From Octopus vulgaris (Eukaryota), in assembly GCA_951406725.2 (NCBI GenBank), contig OX597819.1, positions 122,946,001 to 123,010,000 on the forward strand: a stretch of 64,000 nucleotides of DNA. Reading direction: 5' to 3'. The position numbers and the translations under genes were made by a program. The notes below the pieces were generated by a model that saw only the letters and a program-made list of their open reading frames with translations, did no database searches and was not told the DNA's origin. Within the stretch, counting starts at the first letter, position 1. Each line of letters starts with the position of its first letter. Shown here piece after piece: positions 25,186 through 41,620 of this stretch.

Positions 25186-26597
25186 GATTACTGCCAGCAC
25201 AGAAGAACCATTTTTTGAAGATGTTCATAGGGTTTGGCACACAATTTTGATAAGATATGAGGGTATCAAATACAAATTATATTTCGTGAGCGTAATTGGA
25301 TTCTAATAAACGATTATTGTCAGCGATTATGGTCCCACCTGTTTTAAGATTTCTTATCTTGCTCCATCTTAATGCATACCCTGCACAACACCAGAGAAAC
25401 ATTTTGTTTAACACTAGTTAATATCTCTGATAAAATCAGATAGATATTTTACTAAAGGCGTAACGCTTATTAGGACCCGGTATTCTTTGATATGTAAAAT
25501 CACATTTTTTAATGCTGTTGTCCGCTCTTTAAGACAATATGGTGTGACGGAGGAAATTTGATGAAATTTCAAGCAGCTATAGCGACAGATTAGCATAATG
25601 CAATTTCAAGTCTGATAGCAAGAATCATATCTTTTATGCACTAGGAGTATTGAAAATATAACAGATTATCCCACTCTGTGGAACCTTTCATGGTCCACCA
25701 TTTTCAGAATGGAGATAGCATCAGCATCTTAAATATTTTGAGACATTTCGCCTGACCAATCATCATCAATAGTCAATTAATACTTGGACATTACTATCAC
25801 AAATTCTAGGATATATACGAGGGCCAGTTACTCATTTTTCAAAGAGTATAATTGACAGAAATCACAACATTCTGATACCATTTCCGGGAATCGAAAACCC
25901 TTACGGCCATGAGTCCAATATCGTAACAACCAAGTGGCCATGCGCTTTTTCAACACTGATTTAACTACAGCAGAGAGTTAAGTGTCACTGTCTTAGGTTT
26001 CTCTTCTTTCTCGCTTTCAGCCAGGGAATTTAGGTGGCAATCACATGTCATGGTCTGACTGATGATTTTAATGATTTAGAAAAGGAAAAGGCAACGAAAG
26101 TTTCCGTGGGAAAATGAACAACAATTACGATTTAAGATATTGTTTCATACTCCTGTCTCTATAAATTAGATTAAGAAGACATCTCAGTGTTACCAAAACG
26201 AGAAATTCAATGCTAATCATTAGAGGAATTCCAAAGAAGAAAACCATTCATGTGTTTAGCACGAAAGAAGTTGTCATCAAAGCTAACACTTCTTTGAGTA
26301 GCATTAGCAGAGATGTACATCATGTCACTAGACATCTCACGCAATAAGATAATTTGAAGCTCATGGGAGGCGTGGTGTACGTAAAAGGAAATTTACGTTA
26401 AGACTCATTGACAAGTCAAGTTACGATTTCTTAGTTACAAATACTCCATGGACAAGCTCTGAAGGAGATCAGACTTGTTGGCTTTGATATACTTCATTGT
26501 TAGTGGTTGTGAAAGATTGACGGATTGGTGTCGTACGGTGAGAGATGGCGGAGGAGATATGAAATAAGGGAAGAAAAACATTAAACAAAATGAAAAG

Positions 26598-26600
<3 letters not shown>

Positions 26601-26671
<71 letters not shown>

Positions 26672-26736
26672 TATATACATATATATATATATGCATTTAT
26701 ATATATATATATATATATATATACATACATATATAT

Positions 26737-26787
<51 letters not shown>

Positions 26788-26839
26788 GTATATATACATA
26801 TATACATATATATGTATGTATATATATACAATATATACG

Positions 26840-26911
<72 letters not shown>

Positions 26912-27002
26912 ATATATACACATATATACATATATATGTATATATATATACAATATATACGTATATATATATATATATATGTATGTACATATATGTATAT
27001 GC

Positions 27003-27050
<48 letters not shown>
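26601..27050. repeat. Compound (TA)n/(TG)n microsatellite
   Basis: Direct reading. One of dozens of such tracts in the window. Confidence 0.95.
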
Positions 27051-27055
<5 letters not shown>

Positions 27056-27392
27056 CGGCTGTGTGTATGTATGTATAAATATCCAAGTAAGGACAATCTT
27101 TTCGTGCATTGGTACGGAACTTTATTTTTAGGAGAATACTCGATCGAATCGATCTTCGGTATGACTAATGATGCAATCATTTTTTTTTTTAATCATCACC
27201 AGTTTCTAACTCATGACTGTTCCATACTATTTTCGGCGTCTCTTCCAACTCAAGGAAAAAAAATCCTAATGATAATGTAATGAGACCTAATAAAACATTT
27301 ACTATGCTCTAGTTTCCATCGCCTTGTACAACACTAAAATGCTTTTTTTCCTGAACGTAAGAAACGCATAAATATTAAGAGTCACATATTCG

Positions 27393-27423
<31 letters not shown>

Positions 27424-27670
27424 GTAGCGTTCTTAGAATTCCAGATTGGCACGTGTGTAATGTACCATGCGTGTGTGTATATGTATGTTTGTGCACGTGT
27501 TTACGTATATACATACACGTATGTGTGTGTATGTAAACACATGCACACATACATATATACACGCATGGTTGTATAGATACTTATACACATACCAATCTGT
27601 AATACGTAACTGATTTCTTATACATACATATATATACATATTTATATATATATATGTGTGTATATGTATA

Positions 27671-27721
<51 letters not shown>

Positions 27722-27743
27722 TTATATATATATATATGTATGC

Positions 27744-27776
<33 letters not shown>

Positions 27777-28250
27777 CGCATATATATGCATATATGTGTA
27801 TTACATACATACATACATGTCTATGCATCTATACACACACACACAAGCACAAACCCACATGTGTAATTATACCTTTCTATATGTGTCTGTTTGCGTGTGT
27901 TCGTTTGCGCATGCGTGATTGTCCATTTCTGTGTGAAACTAGTAATAGACATACATGCATACATACATACATATACATATATATATATAGTCAGTATATG
28001 GCGAAAAAAGAAAAAGAGATAAACAGAACAATGAGGATGGGTTGACGATGGAAAGTGCAAGATTGTTGAGGAGAAAGAATTCCTAAAGATGATGTTTGTG
28101 ATGCTGCCCTGCTCTAAAAGAGACTGGAATGAGGAAACGGAAAATGAGAGACGAGGAAAGACCCGAAAATGGTTAAAAGGAATAAGCAAAAGGAAAATAT
28201 TAATTCAACGCTCATCTGCATAGTGGCCGTCTAGCAATACACCCAGTATC

Positions 28251-30741
28251 ACATACATACATACATACATACATACATACATACATACATACATACATAC
28301 ATACATACATACATACGTACATACATACGTACGTACATACATACATACATACATACATACATACATACATACATGCATACGTACATACATACATACATAC
28401 ATACATACGTACATACATACGTACGTACATACATACATACATACATACATACATACATACATACATACATACGTACATACATACGTACGTACATACGTAC
28501 ATACATACATACATACATACATACATACATACATACATACATACATACGTACATACATACGTACGTACATACATACATACATACATACATACATACATAC
28601 GTACATACATACGTACGTACATACATACATACATACATACATACATACATACATACATACATACATACATACGTACATACATACATACATACATACATAC
28701 ATACGTACATACATACGTACGTACATACATACATACATACATTCATACATACATACATACATACATACATACATACATACATACATACATACATACATAC
28801 ATACATACATACATACATACATACGTACATACATACATACGTACGTACATACATACATACATACATACATACATACATACATACATACATACATACATAC
28901 ATACATACATACGTACGTACATACATACATACATACATACATACATACATACATACATACATGCATACGTACATACATACGTACGTACATACATACATAC
29001 ATACATACATACATACATACATACATACATACATACATACATACATACATACATACATACATACATACATACATACGTACATACATACATACATACATAC
29101 ATACATACATGCATACGTACATACATACATACATACATACATACATACATACATACATACATACATACATACATACATACATACATACATACATACATAC
29201 ATACGTACGTGCATACATACATACATACATACATACATACATGCATACGTACATACATACATACGTACGTACATACAAACATACATACATACATACATAC
29301 GTACATACGTACGTACGTACATACATACATACATACATACATACATCCATCCATCCATACATACATACATACATACATACATACGTATGTACGTACGTAC
29401 GTACGTACATACATACATACATACATACATACACATATACATACATACGTACATACGTACATACATACATACATACATACATTCATACATACATAGATAC
29501 ATACATACATACATACATACATACACATATACATACATACGTACATACATACATACATACATACATGCATACATACATACATACATACATACGTACGTAC
29601 ATACATACATACATACATACATACATACATACATACATACATACATACATACATACATTCATTCATACATACATACATACATACATACATACATACATAC
29701 ATACATACATACATACATACATACATACATACATACATACATACATACATACATACATACATACATACATACATACATTCATTCATACATACATACATAC
29801 ATACATACATACATACATACATACGTACATACATACATACATTCATACATACATACATACATACATACATACATACATACATACGTACATACATACATAC
29901 ATACATACATACATACATACATACATACATACGTACATACATACATACGTACGTACATACATACATACATACATACATACATACATACATACATACATAC
30001 ATACATACATACGTACATACATACATATATACATACATACATACATGCATACGTACATACATACGTACGTACATACATACATACATACATACATACATAC
30101 ATACATACATACATACATACATACATACATACATACATACATACATACATACATACATACATACATACATACATACATACATACATACATACATACATGC
30201 ATACGTACATACATACATACGTACGTACATACATACATACATACATACATACATACATACATTCATACATACATACATACATACATACATACATACATAC
30301 ATACGTACGTACATACATACATACATACATACATACATGCATACGTACATACATACATACGTACGTACATACATACATACATACATACATACATACATAC
30401 ATACATACGTACATACGTACGTACGTACATACATACATACATACATACATACATCCATCCATACATACATACATACATACATACATACATACATACATAC
30501 ATACGTACGTACGTACGTACGTACGTACGTACATACATACATACATACATACACATATACATACATACGTACATACGTACATACATACATACATACATAC
30601 ATTCATACATACATAGATACATACATACATACATACATACATACATACACATATACATACATACGTACATACATACATACATACATACATACATACATAC
30701 ATACATACATACATACATACGTACGTACATACATACATACA

Positions 30742-30775
<34 letters not shown>

Positions 30776-30781
30776 CGTACA

Positions 30782-30815
<34 letters not shown>

Positions 30816-30941
30816 CGTACATACATACATACATACATACATACATACACATATACATACATACATACATACATACATACATACATACGTACGTACATAC
30901 ATACATACATACATACATACATACATACATACATACATACA

Positions 30942-30977
<36 letters not shown>

Positions 30978-30978
30978 T
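28251..30978. repeat. 2.7-kb (CATA)n array with variant units and higher-order structure
   Basis: CATA with interspersed CGTA, CATT, CATG and CATC variants. Confidence 0.97.
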
Positions 30979-31399
30979 ACCACGGTTTTCTTTCTGTTTC
31001 TGTCAGCCAAATCCACTCACAAGGCTTTGGTCGGACCGCCGATATTTGCACCTTAGCACTTATTCTATTGTTTTTTTTGCCGAACCGCTAAGTTACGGGG
31101 ACGGAAACACACCAGCATCTGTTGACAAGCAATGGGGGTGCACAAACACAAGCACACAAGTACATACATACATACATACATACATACATACATACATACA
31201 TACAGTTTCTGTCAGCCAAATCCACTCACATGGCTTTGGTCGGACCGCCGATATTTGCACATTAGCACTACCTTGAGGTACCCATGCAATATAAATTAAC
31301 GTTTGATTATTTTTTAAGTGTCTTTAGAAATTAATCCATATTATGATATATTCTATGCTTTTACTCATACAAATTTGTGACAGTTATACAAATTGTACA

Positions 31400-32430
31400 A
31401 CGCCCATTCACTGCAAACTGACGATATTTGCACGTTAGCACTGGGCTGCATTTTCACCTACAAATGCAACTGTCACTACTCTTAACTACGACTTACTCAG
31501 TAAGCTGCCTTTTCAAGAATGTTGTTGCAGCTGTTGCTGTTGAGCGAAGCGGTCTTCGTCCCAGACCTTGCAAGATCGTGCCTCTGTAGTGGGAGAAGTC
31601 CGAAACGTGGTCCTTTGCTATTCGTAAGACCCGCAGAAGAGAAAGCAGGTCAACCCCCGACACCGAGAGTATCGACGGCGGATGGATGAATGCACATCCA
31701 GGCTCAGTGGTTGCGTAGGAAGTCGGGGACAAGAAACAGGAAGAAAGAGTGAGAGAAGGTTTGAGCGAAAGAGTACAACAAGGGTCTCCACCACCCCCTG
31801 CCGGAGCCTCGTGGAGCTTTAGGTGTTTTCGCTCAATAAACACACACAAGACCCGGCCTGGGAAGCGAAACCGCGAGTCCGCTGCCCTAACCATTGGGCC
31901 ATTGCGCCTCCACTGTGTTGCAGCTCATTTGACACCGTTATCGTCCTCAATCTGATTACATACTTTCCAACAGAATTTTTCAACTCTCAAAATCCTCCAG
32001 GACACCCTCCCCATGAACTTCACTTAAAAATCGATTGCCCTGTCATCCTCCTACGCAACCTAAACACACCCACACTATGCAATGGAACTCGCCTTGTGTT
32101 CAAACAAATGATGAACCATGTCACTGAAGTCTAAATTATCACGTTCACGGCAAAAACGACACCGTTTTTATTCTGGAAATTCCGCTAACCACAACAGACT
32201 GCCCCTACCGAATGCAAAGACTTCAGTTCCCTCTCAAACTCAGCTTCACCATGATAAGTTTCAAACACAAGGTCAGTCGCTAAAAATTGTCCGATTAGAC
32301 CTTAGAACGTCGTGCCTTTCACATGAACAGTTCTACATCGGTTGTTTCAGAGTTGGCCATTCAGACACCTTATTCCTCTATACACCTGAAGGAAGAACTA
32401 AAATGTCGTCTGCAAAGAAGCCCTACTGCC
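31400..32430 (+). pseudogene. Helitron PIF1-like helicase C-terminal remnant, split by a SINE
   Basis: SPTNATVTTLN..LLSKLP, FPTEFFNS..PPGHPPHELHLK..CPVILLRNLN...LCNGTRL, RLQFPLKLSF, QGQSLK.V.LDL...C.SHEQFY. Confidence 0.88.
31533..31915 (-). mobile_element. SINE family C, tail type 2
   Basis: Same head/body as 15301. Apparent 10-bp TSD TGTTGCAGCT (31523-31532 and 31916-31925). Confidence 0.88.
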
Positions 32431-33061
32431 CTACAGTAGTTATTCCTCTACTGCAATCTTCACATCTACGTCAAACTGTAGCCGTTGTAATCAGACTTCC
32501 TACAAGCATTTCAATAATATTTTGCTTCATTTCCGTGATTGCTATTAACTATACATTACATTCAATAGCCCTTCTTACATCACGTACGCTCTTCGCTTAT
32601 AAGCGTGCTCTGACATTTATTTTTGTACGTGCCATTATTCTATTTGTGTGTTTGCCATAAATGTTTGCTTTTGTTTATAATACATTACATTCATTGAAAA
32701 AAATTTCAATGTGGTTCTCTCAGGCATAACAAGTAAAATAATTACATGCTACAGATAAGATATATAAGACACTTCAGAAAAGATATTTGAGATCCCTAAT
32801 GCCTACAGCAATCGCGATCTTATTTCATAGACTTTCATTTATTACTGTCAAATTTGTGTTCAAAATACTTTATTTATTATTTAGGTTGCTTAATACCATA
32901 TAATAAACTGCTAAGGAAATTGTTAAGTATACATTTCCATAATCAACTTGAAACCACTCCTAACTGCGGGCTAATTCCACTTACACTGTCCAAAGGAGTG
33001 CGCCATTATAATAAATTACACCGTCCAAAGAACGGGTGCGTTTGCCAGTATATATATATAT

Positions 33062-33379
<318 letters not shown>

Positions 33380-33791
33380 CATCGGTAATCATGATGCATC
33401 CTCAAAATACTGAGTCTGTATAGATCAAGAATTATTTTTAAAGATGTTTAATATACAAGTACTTGTTTATGTTATTCAAATACATACCGCTAGTTCCAAA
33501 TTCGTTTTCTTGAAGTCCAAGTCTAGCCATTGAAGATAAGGTCAGACAACCGTCGAGTAGATGAAGGCTCTTGAGCCAGTAATACGTGTCTACGAATGTC
33601 CTCTTGTCTACAAACTATAAGCGTGTCCCTTTCCTTACTGGCATGTCTGTTTTGGGAAAAAAGTTTACCTTGGGATTAAATCTCCCCTTCTCAAGTGGAA
33701 CTGGTCTTTATCGCCATTTTGGTAATTATACCGCATCCTTCTGAGCTGAAGGCAATTTTAATAAATCTAGAATTCTTGTTGTAAGGTATTC

Positions 33792-33865
<74 letters not shown>

Positions 33866-33869
33866 ATAT

Positions 33870-33956
<87 letters not shown>

Positions 33957-33959
33957 TAA

Positions 33960-34410
33960 ACTCCATGTCTGTGTGCTGATACTTTTTCTAGAATTTCCCA
34001 TTGAAGTCATTCACTTTCAGTTCCCAGACATGCTTTGCAAGACTAGTCGCTGACTTGTTCTCGGAGAATCGAAAAGAATTTTGGTGTGAATAGAATCAAG
34101 TCTTGAACGAATTCTCTGAAGCACCTGTATATGTTTTATATTCTTGCGAGCCACCTACTTGCATTTTGGCTCTATAAACAATACCTTTTTCAAGACATTT
34201 TCTTTCCGACGGACAGCAAGTCTCGTCTTTGCAGTTGCAATTCCTCGGATTAGATTTGGCATTGTAGTTGTCTGTAATAATTTTCATGTTATGTTGGCTA
34301 AGGATAGAGGCGAAGTTTTTGCAACAAGGATAGCTAACCTTCAGTGTTTTCCAATTAAATATTCTATAGAATTTATGGCTAGATTAAAAATGCTTAGAAG
34401 CTAATCTTAA
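33960..34410 (-). pseudogene. Penelope-like element GIY-YIG endonuclease remnant
   Basis: FNWKTLKVSYPCCKN..SILSQHN, CNCKDETCCP..KCLEKGIVYRA..KTYTGASENSFKT*FYSHQNSFR...ATSLAKHVWELK. Confidence 0.88.
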
Positions 34411-34420
34411 GAATTCCTTG

Positions 34421-34488
<68 letters not shown>

Positions 34489-34912
34489 CTGATACAAATA
34501 TACCATAGACGTCACTAAAGTGAGTAAGATTTTTAGTTAGCACTAGCATTGCTAGACATGAGGGTGAAAACAACTCTTAGCCACGAGAAAGTACTCACTT
34601 TATGGCTTACAAGGGATGCAAGTCCCCACAGCATCTGGTGTAGCCAGATCACCTATAATTTCGCATTTGATTGATGCGAAATCTTATTTACTCCATTCCT
34701 TAACTCTTGTATTCTTATTCGCACACTCGGCAACCTTGGTCACCTACCGTGAAATATAAAAAGAACTTTTTTTTCACTTTATCGTACTTCGATACGAAAA
34801 GAAAATCCACAATCCTCGGTCTCAGTAATCCACTATTTTCACTGAAAGATGTTTTATATTTACTACTTATTGCTTGAAGCTAACTTTCTTCCTACACTTC
34901 GATCCTCGGATC

Positions 34913-35000
<88 letters not shown>

Positions 35001-36643
35001 TACGGATATGAATAATAATACTAAACCTGATTTCTACGATTTATGCACTTATGGACATAGACGATTTCACCCTCATTCATTCAGCACTTAGCTTCACTCT
35101 TATAGGTTAAAATTGTTGAAAATATTACATATTAAGAAATATATCGCGGAAATTAAAGAAAATTCAAAGGAAAAATTTCCCTTATTTTGAACTGATTCAA
35201 GTAAAAACCTTACCTAAAAATATCATTATGAAATCATTTTTTTTTTTAATTATCATGAAAGGAAAAATATCATTGATAGACTTCGGGGGTTGTTTCCGGA
35301 GAATTAAAATTTTCTATATAAATATTTAGAAAGTAATATTGATGCCTAAAATAACGTCCTCCCGCCTTAATAATAGTAATAATATTAGTTTCAAATTTGG
35401 CACTATGTCAGCAAGTTCAGGGGAGCGATAAAGTTGATTACATCGACCCTAGTGATAAGCTGGTACGTATTTTTTCGATCCAGACAGTGTTAAAGGCAAA
35501 TTCGCCCTCCGTGGGTCAATAAATCGTATAGTGTGAGCGTCTATGTACTCGTTCCTTATTATAGGAATAACAGCTTGATTTCTCCCAAATGATACTGTCG
35601 AAAGGTGGTGCTCCAGCATGGCTGCAGTCAAATGACTGAAACAAGTAAAAGAGTAAAAGAGAAGTGACGTATATGCAGTTATTCGACTTCCTAGAAAAAC
35701 CAGCAATATCTCTTTCAAACTGCAATCTGTCATGATGGCTTAGAATATTGGACAAGACCATGGGTTTCAAAGGAAAAGGGGTAATTCGATTGCACCGACT
35801 CCAGTCCTTGTTGCGTATTTTATTTTGTCGATAACGAAAGTATAAAAACCTAATTTGACAGCGCCGAAATTTGAACACAGAGTATAAAGCTGTATGAAAT
35901 GCCGTTAAGCAAACACACGAGTCTACCGTAAGTATCTTACCAAATTTCACTCACAAGCTGGTGACCAAATCGAGGCAACAACTGGACACCCTCCCAAGGT
36001 ACCACGTGGTGAGATCGAAAATATACATAACATGGTTGCAAGGCGAACTTCTTAACCACGTAGCCATGCTTGGTGGGCAACCACGCAGTTTTACTGGTCA
36101 CTTGCGCTGCTTGAAATAAACTTATCTCCGTTAAATCACAACCTGCTTTCTAAAAAAGCCGAAGAATTCACTGCTGGTATGTAAATGTAGCCCAGTGTAT
36201 ACAGAGCACGAAAATAAAGTCCCGTGTACTCGTGTGTTAGAACTTCTTTTGATTTTACGTGTTTCCATAGCTTAGCTGGGGTTAAACGGACACAATGAAT
36301 AGCAACATGATACTCAACGACAAGTTGTGATTAGGTAAAAATTTTACATAGAAAATGTCTTATAAAACGGGAACTAATTACGGTTACAACTCTTTTGATC
36401 ATAGAGTTATCCAAGGTCTACTTGGGGATAAACAACACCACTTCCATTACCGGCAAAGCCAGAGACAACGACAACAACAACAACATGGTAGAGTGCATTG
36501 GATGATGTACTCTTGCATATATTAAATTAGGGAACAAGAGAGGATGTTCGCGTCTGGAAAACATTTGATCATAGAATTATTTCCTTCGGAATGGCTTAGT
36601 ACAAAGCAATAAAAACAACAAAAACAACAACAACAACTACTAC

Positions 36644-36677
<34 letters not shown>

Positions 36678-36823
36678 TTTACGTTTTTAAAGAAGTTCTC
36701 ACAAGAAAGTACGCCACGACTGGCGCAATCAATTATGTTGTTTGTGAAACAATTGGACTTGTGCCTGGTCGCAAAATCAATATTATTTCGCTCTTGTAGA
36801 AAACCAAACTAAAAGCTAGATTG

Positions 36824-36904
<81 letters not shown>

Positions 36905-36983
36905 TATATGTATATATATATATGTATGTATGTATATATGTATACATATACACACAGACAAACACACACGGACACATACACGA

Positions 36984-37014
<31 letters not shown>

Positions 37015-37484
37015 AGAAATGTCAGTTTAAAATTGGAATCAAAAGAAATATTTATTATGGGGAGATATAGGAGATCAGAAAATTGTAATTAAAAAAAAAT
37101 GGAAAAAATCTTATACCTTTTAATTATAGTGTTCCTACTTTTTATCGATAATTTTCTTGGCAAATTTTCACAGGATTCTAATAACATTTTATATGAAATG
37201 TCGTTATGCACACACATACACACAAATACATACACACACACACACACACACACGCATGTAATGTTTACGAAGAAATTTGTAGAGATATAAATCATTTGTG
37301 TCCATCATTACTATCATAGTGTTAATATCGTAGTAAACAAATTTGCTGTAGTGATTTCATATATCGTTTCCATTTTTAATAATGAACATGTTTCCAATTG
37401 CATCAAGATGTGTATTTGCTTTCTCGCGATCATCAGGAGAGGAACCAAATCAAACATTAACCGTGTTAATGTAATGTATATTTA

Positions 37485-38070
37485 TAAGGCAACGAGCTGG
37501 TAGAATCGTTAACACGCCGAGTGTAATGCTTAGCGGCATTTTGTCCGTTTCTATACAAGGGTCACTTAACAGCATGAACAAGCACCAAAACTTAAAAGGC
37601 CTTTTCAGATTTAGAGGAACTCAAATTTCAGGAATTTTAGAGCTAAAAGGGTCCAATAAATCAAAAGGCGCTCGATAATTATTAAAATTTCTATTAGATT
37701 AAAATATTTTAACAAAAATAAAATTACAAATAATCTATTTGATTGCTGCAATTCTAATTTCCAATTTTTAACTCCAAGCAATAGTTAAACAGATCGCTAG
37801 GCCATGGTCCATATTGGCCTATATAGAAATCCGGATCTGTCGCTACCTCTGAGATAAATACTTCGGAATACTCATAAAGAAATATTGCTTAGATCGCTAA
37901 CTGTCCTTCATCATCAGTAAATTCTAAATCCAAATTCCCACCGTGGTTTACTTTGCCTTTCATCATTTTGAGTTCAATTAAACAAGTACCAGGTGAGTAT
38001 TCGGATCGATATAATCCACCAGCCCGCTACCCGAAATTGCTGGCTTTGTGCCTCAATTTGAAACCAATAT
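37485..38070 (+). mobile_element. SINE family B copy interrupted by a 365-bp insertion
   Basis: Head at 37485-37551. The body resumes at about 37920. Confidence 0.75.
37554..37919. repeat. Unclassified dispersed repeat, copy 1
   Basis: Highly similar to 44150-44497. Confidence 0.85.
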
Positions 38071-38142
38071 AACATATACCTATATTCCTTTACAAAAAAA
38101 TACAGGTATCTAGAGCTAATTACCAAAATAAAGGCTCAGGAA

Positions 38143-38548
38143 GAGCTCAGAAATGGCTGTGTGGTAATTAGCTTGCTTACCAACAACATGGTTCCGGGTT
38201 CAGTACCACTGCGTGGCACCTTAGGCAAGTGTCTTTTAATATAGCCTCGGATTTACCAAAGCCTTGTGAGTGGATTTGGTAATCGGAAACTGAAAGAAGC
38301 CCGTCGTATATATGTATATGTATATATATGTATGTGTGTTTGTGTGTCTGTGTTTGTCCTCCCAACATCGCTTGACAACCGATGCTGGTGTGTTTACATC
38401 CCCGAAACTTAGCGGTTCTGCAAAAGAGACTGATAGAGTAATTAATAGGCTTACAAAGAATAAGTCCTGGGGTCGATTTGCTCGACGAAAGGTGGTGCTC
38501 CAGCATGGCTGCAGTCAAATGACTGAAACAAGTAAAAGAGTAAAAGAG
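38143..38548 (+). mobile_element. SINE family A
   Basis: Full-length copy with GAGTAAAA tail. Confidence 0.9.
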
Positions 38549-38936
38549 AAACCTATATATAAATACGGCTACGCATTTCCCCCGGCGTGCTAACGTTTCT
38601 GCCAGCTCGCCGCCTGCAGTTGCAGTATAATAAATATTATCAAATGCATATACCAATGTATAACCTATGTATATTTTCCGGTGGCTGCAACGGCGTAGCT
38701 GTGTGTATAACTCTCAAGCTGCCGAGAGACGGTTGAATCGTCAGGTTCTTGCGGTTCCAATCATAAAATGATACGTTGAATTTCTGCACTCTATCCTTAA
38801 GCAAGACACTTAATTTCATGTCGTTCCAATCACATAAGCTTCAAATGAGCAAACTTGCGACGGACTAGGGTCCTGCTTGCGAGAAATACTGTTATCACGA
38901 TCACTTATACTCCATGGAAACTAAAATTCTTAGGGT

Positions 38937-38977
38937 TGATGATGATATTGATGATGATGATGATGATGATGATGATA

Positions 38978-39033
<56 letters not shown>
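38937..39033. repeat. (GAT)n microsatellite
   Basis: Direct reading. Confidence 0.97.
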
Positions 39034-39601
39034 ATGTTTATAGTACAGCTCCCATTTTTCCGGTGACATGAAATATATGACAGGCGTCTCATTTCAGACA
39101 GAGACCCATTTCACTTCACTTGTATTCACATCAATATTGTAAATTTCGTATCCACTTTACCTAAAATCGATATTGATAATCATCCGTTGATGGATTGTGT
39201 TCAATCAAAACAAACAAGCAGAAAATATAACTATTTCATACAGGAAGACAAAGTAATGTTTAATACTTTCCTCTTCTCGCGTATGAGCTAAAAAAACAAA
39301 TGAGATTTTACTCAACCTAGGCTTACACTGAAATTCATGCGTACATAAAAAGTACAAATGCACATAATGTTCTTTCGCATCTAAACACCCAGAAGCGCGC
39401 CCACTCGCATAAACATACGCGCATCTACGCGCAAATATATGCGGAAGCACAGACACACAGGTATACATACATATTATGTACGTAATGTATATATAATTAT
39501 ATACTAATATAATGCTTACGTTAGATATTTGTGGAAAACACTTGCATCTAAACAAACACACGTAAACATATAAACACAGATAAGTAAATGGAGAGTCATG
39601 T

Positions 39602-39659
<58 letters not shown>

Positions 39660-39662
39660 ATG

Positions 39663-39693
<31 letters not shown>

Positions 39694-39923
39694 GTATGTA
39701 TGTATGTATCTATCTATCTATCTATTAATATATATATATATATATATATATTAATAGATAGATACATACATATATATATATATATTAATATATATCTATA
39801 CATTATATATATAAGCAAAGGCATGCTTATTTGTGTATGTGTGTATGTGCATGTGTATATATATATATATGCATATATGCATATATTATACACTGACACA
39901 CACACGCACACTCTCTCACACAT

Positions 39924-39970
<47 letters not shown>

Positions 39971-40306
39971 CGTAGACATATATACACATACACATACACT
40001 GACACTCGCATATGTTAGCAGACAGATACGTAGATGTGTACACGAGCGTATTTGTTTGGGTGACTACATATATATTACATAAATAAATGCATGTTTATGT
40101 GTATACATATGCATAAATTTTAAGTATGTATGAATCCATCTGCTCTTATATTCAATAGAAAGTTCGAAAGAGCTGAAAAGTTTTTTAAAACTAAGTCAAC
40201 CATTATCTTTTTGTCAAACAGTAATGGATATTTTTCAATCTTTTATAATAAAGTAGAATGTTTTAAGAATATCGACTAATCCACAGCTCGTATTAGGAGG
40301 ATTTCG

Positions 40307-40399
40307 TTGATTATTATTATTATTTTTATTATCATTATTATTATCATTATTATTATTATTATCATTATTATTATTATTATCATTATTATTATTATTATC

Positions 40400-40461
<62 letters not shown>

Positions 40462-40548
40462 CATCATCATCATCATCATCATCATCATTATTATTGTTTC
40501 CTTGTTTTGGTTTTTTCTTATTGTTATTATCATTTTCTTGTTTTTATT

Positions 40549-40579
<31 letters not shown>

Positions 40580-40607
40580 TTACTATGGTTATTTTTATTA
40601 TTATTAC

Positions 40608-40676
<69 letters not shown>

Positions 40677-40717
40677 TATCATTATTATTATTATTATTAT
40701 TATTATTTTTATTATTT
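40307..40717. repeat. (ATT)n/(ATC)n microsatellite
   Basis: Direct reading. Source of the poly-I, poly-L and poly-Y ORFs. Confidence 0.97.
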
Positions 40718-41113
40718 TAGTTTCTTCCGTTTGCAGGTCAGACTTAATAACCAATTTTGATTAAAACTTGCAGCAGACTCAAGTGAAATATATTTTTTTT
40801 CAATATGATTTTTTTTAAAGCTTTTAATTTTTTTTTTTTACTGATTTCTGGAAGTAACGAGTAAGTACAGCACGAAACGTATATCTGGGTATGAGAAATG
40901 AAAGGAAGGAAAAGGAATGAATGACTTGTTACAGATTTCTCAACAAATAATTGGGAGTGAAGTTTAGAAATTAATAGTCTATGTGGTTATTATCGATAAG
41001 GAAAATTTTCCTAGAAAAAAAAAAACGAAATCAATACTTACATACAGGCACATTCACATGTAAGGATGCAGTGCGATTCCATCTCTCTTTCGCCCCCTCT
41101 CTTACGCGTATAT

Positions 41114-41189
<76 letters not shown>

Positions 41190-41519
41190 GTATATATATA
41201 TATGCATATATATATATATATTACTCATGTAAAATATATACACATATGTATATATATGTATATATATATATATACATATGTATATATATATATATACATA
41301 TATATATGTATATGTGTATATATATATATTTATATAATATATCTGTTTACATATATATGTATTATATATATATACATATATATTATATATATTTATAAAT
41401 GAATTTACGCATATATATATATATATGTATGTATGTATATTACACGTTTACAAGAGTGTGACATATGTTTAAAGACACACATGTATATATATTATTTATT
41501 TACTTATATATATACATAC

Positions 41520-41552
<33 letters not shown>

Positions 41553-41555
41553 GAG

Positions 41556-41620
<65 letters not shown>

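Noticed and set aside
25600-26560. Possible ancient RTE-like fragments on both strands
   Set aside because: Too degenerate to assign by eye.
28205-31091. Long ORFs of 400-750 aa (MYVC and HTYI repeats)
   Set aside because: Translations of the (CATA)n array, which lacks stop codons in most frames.
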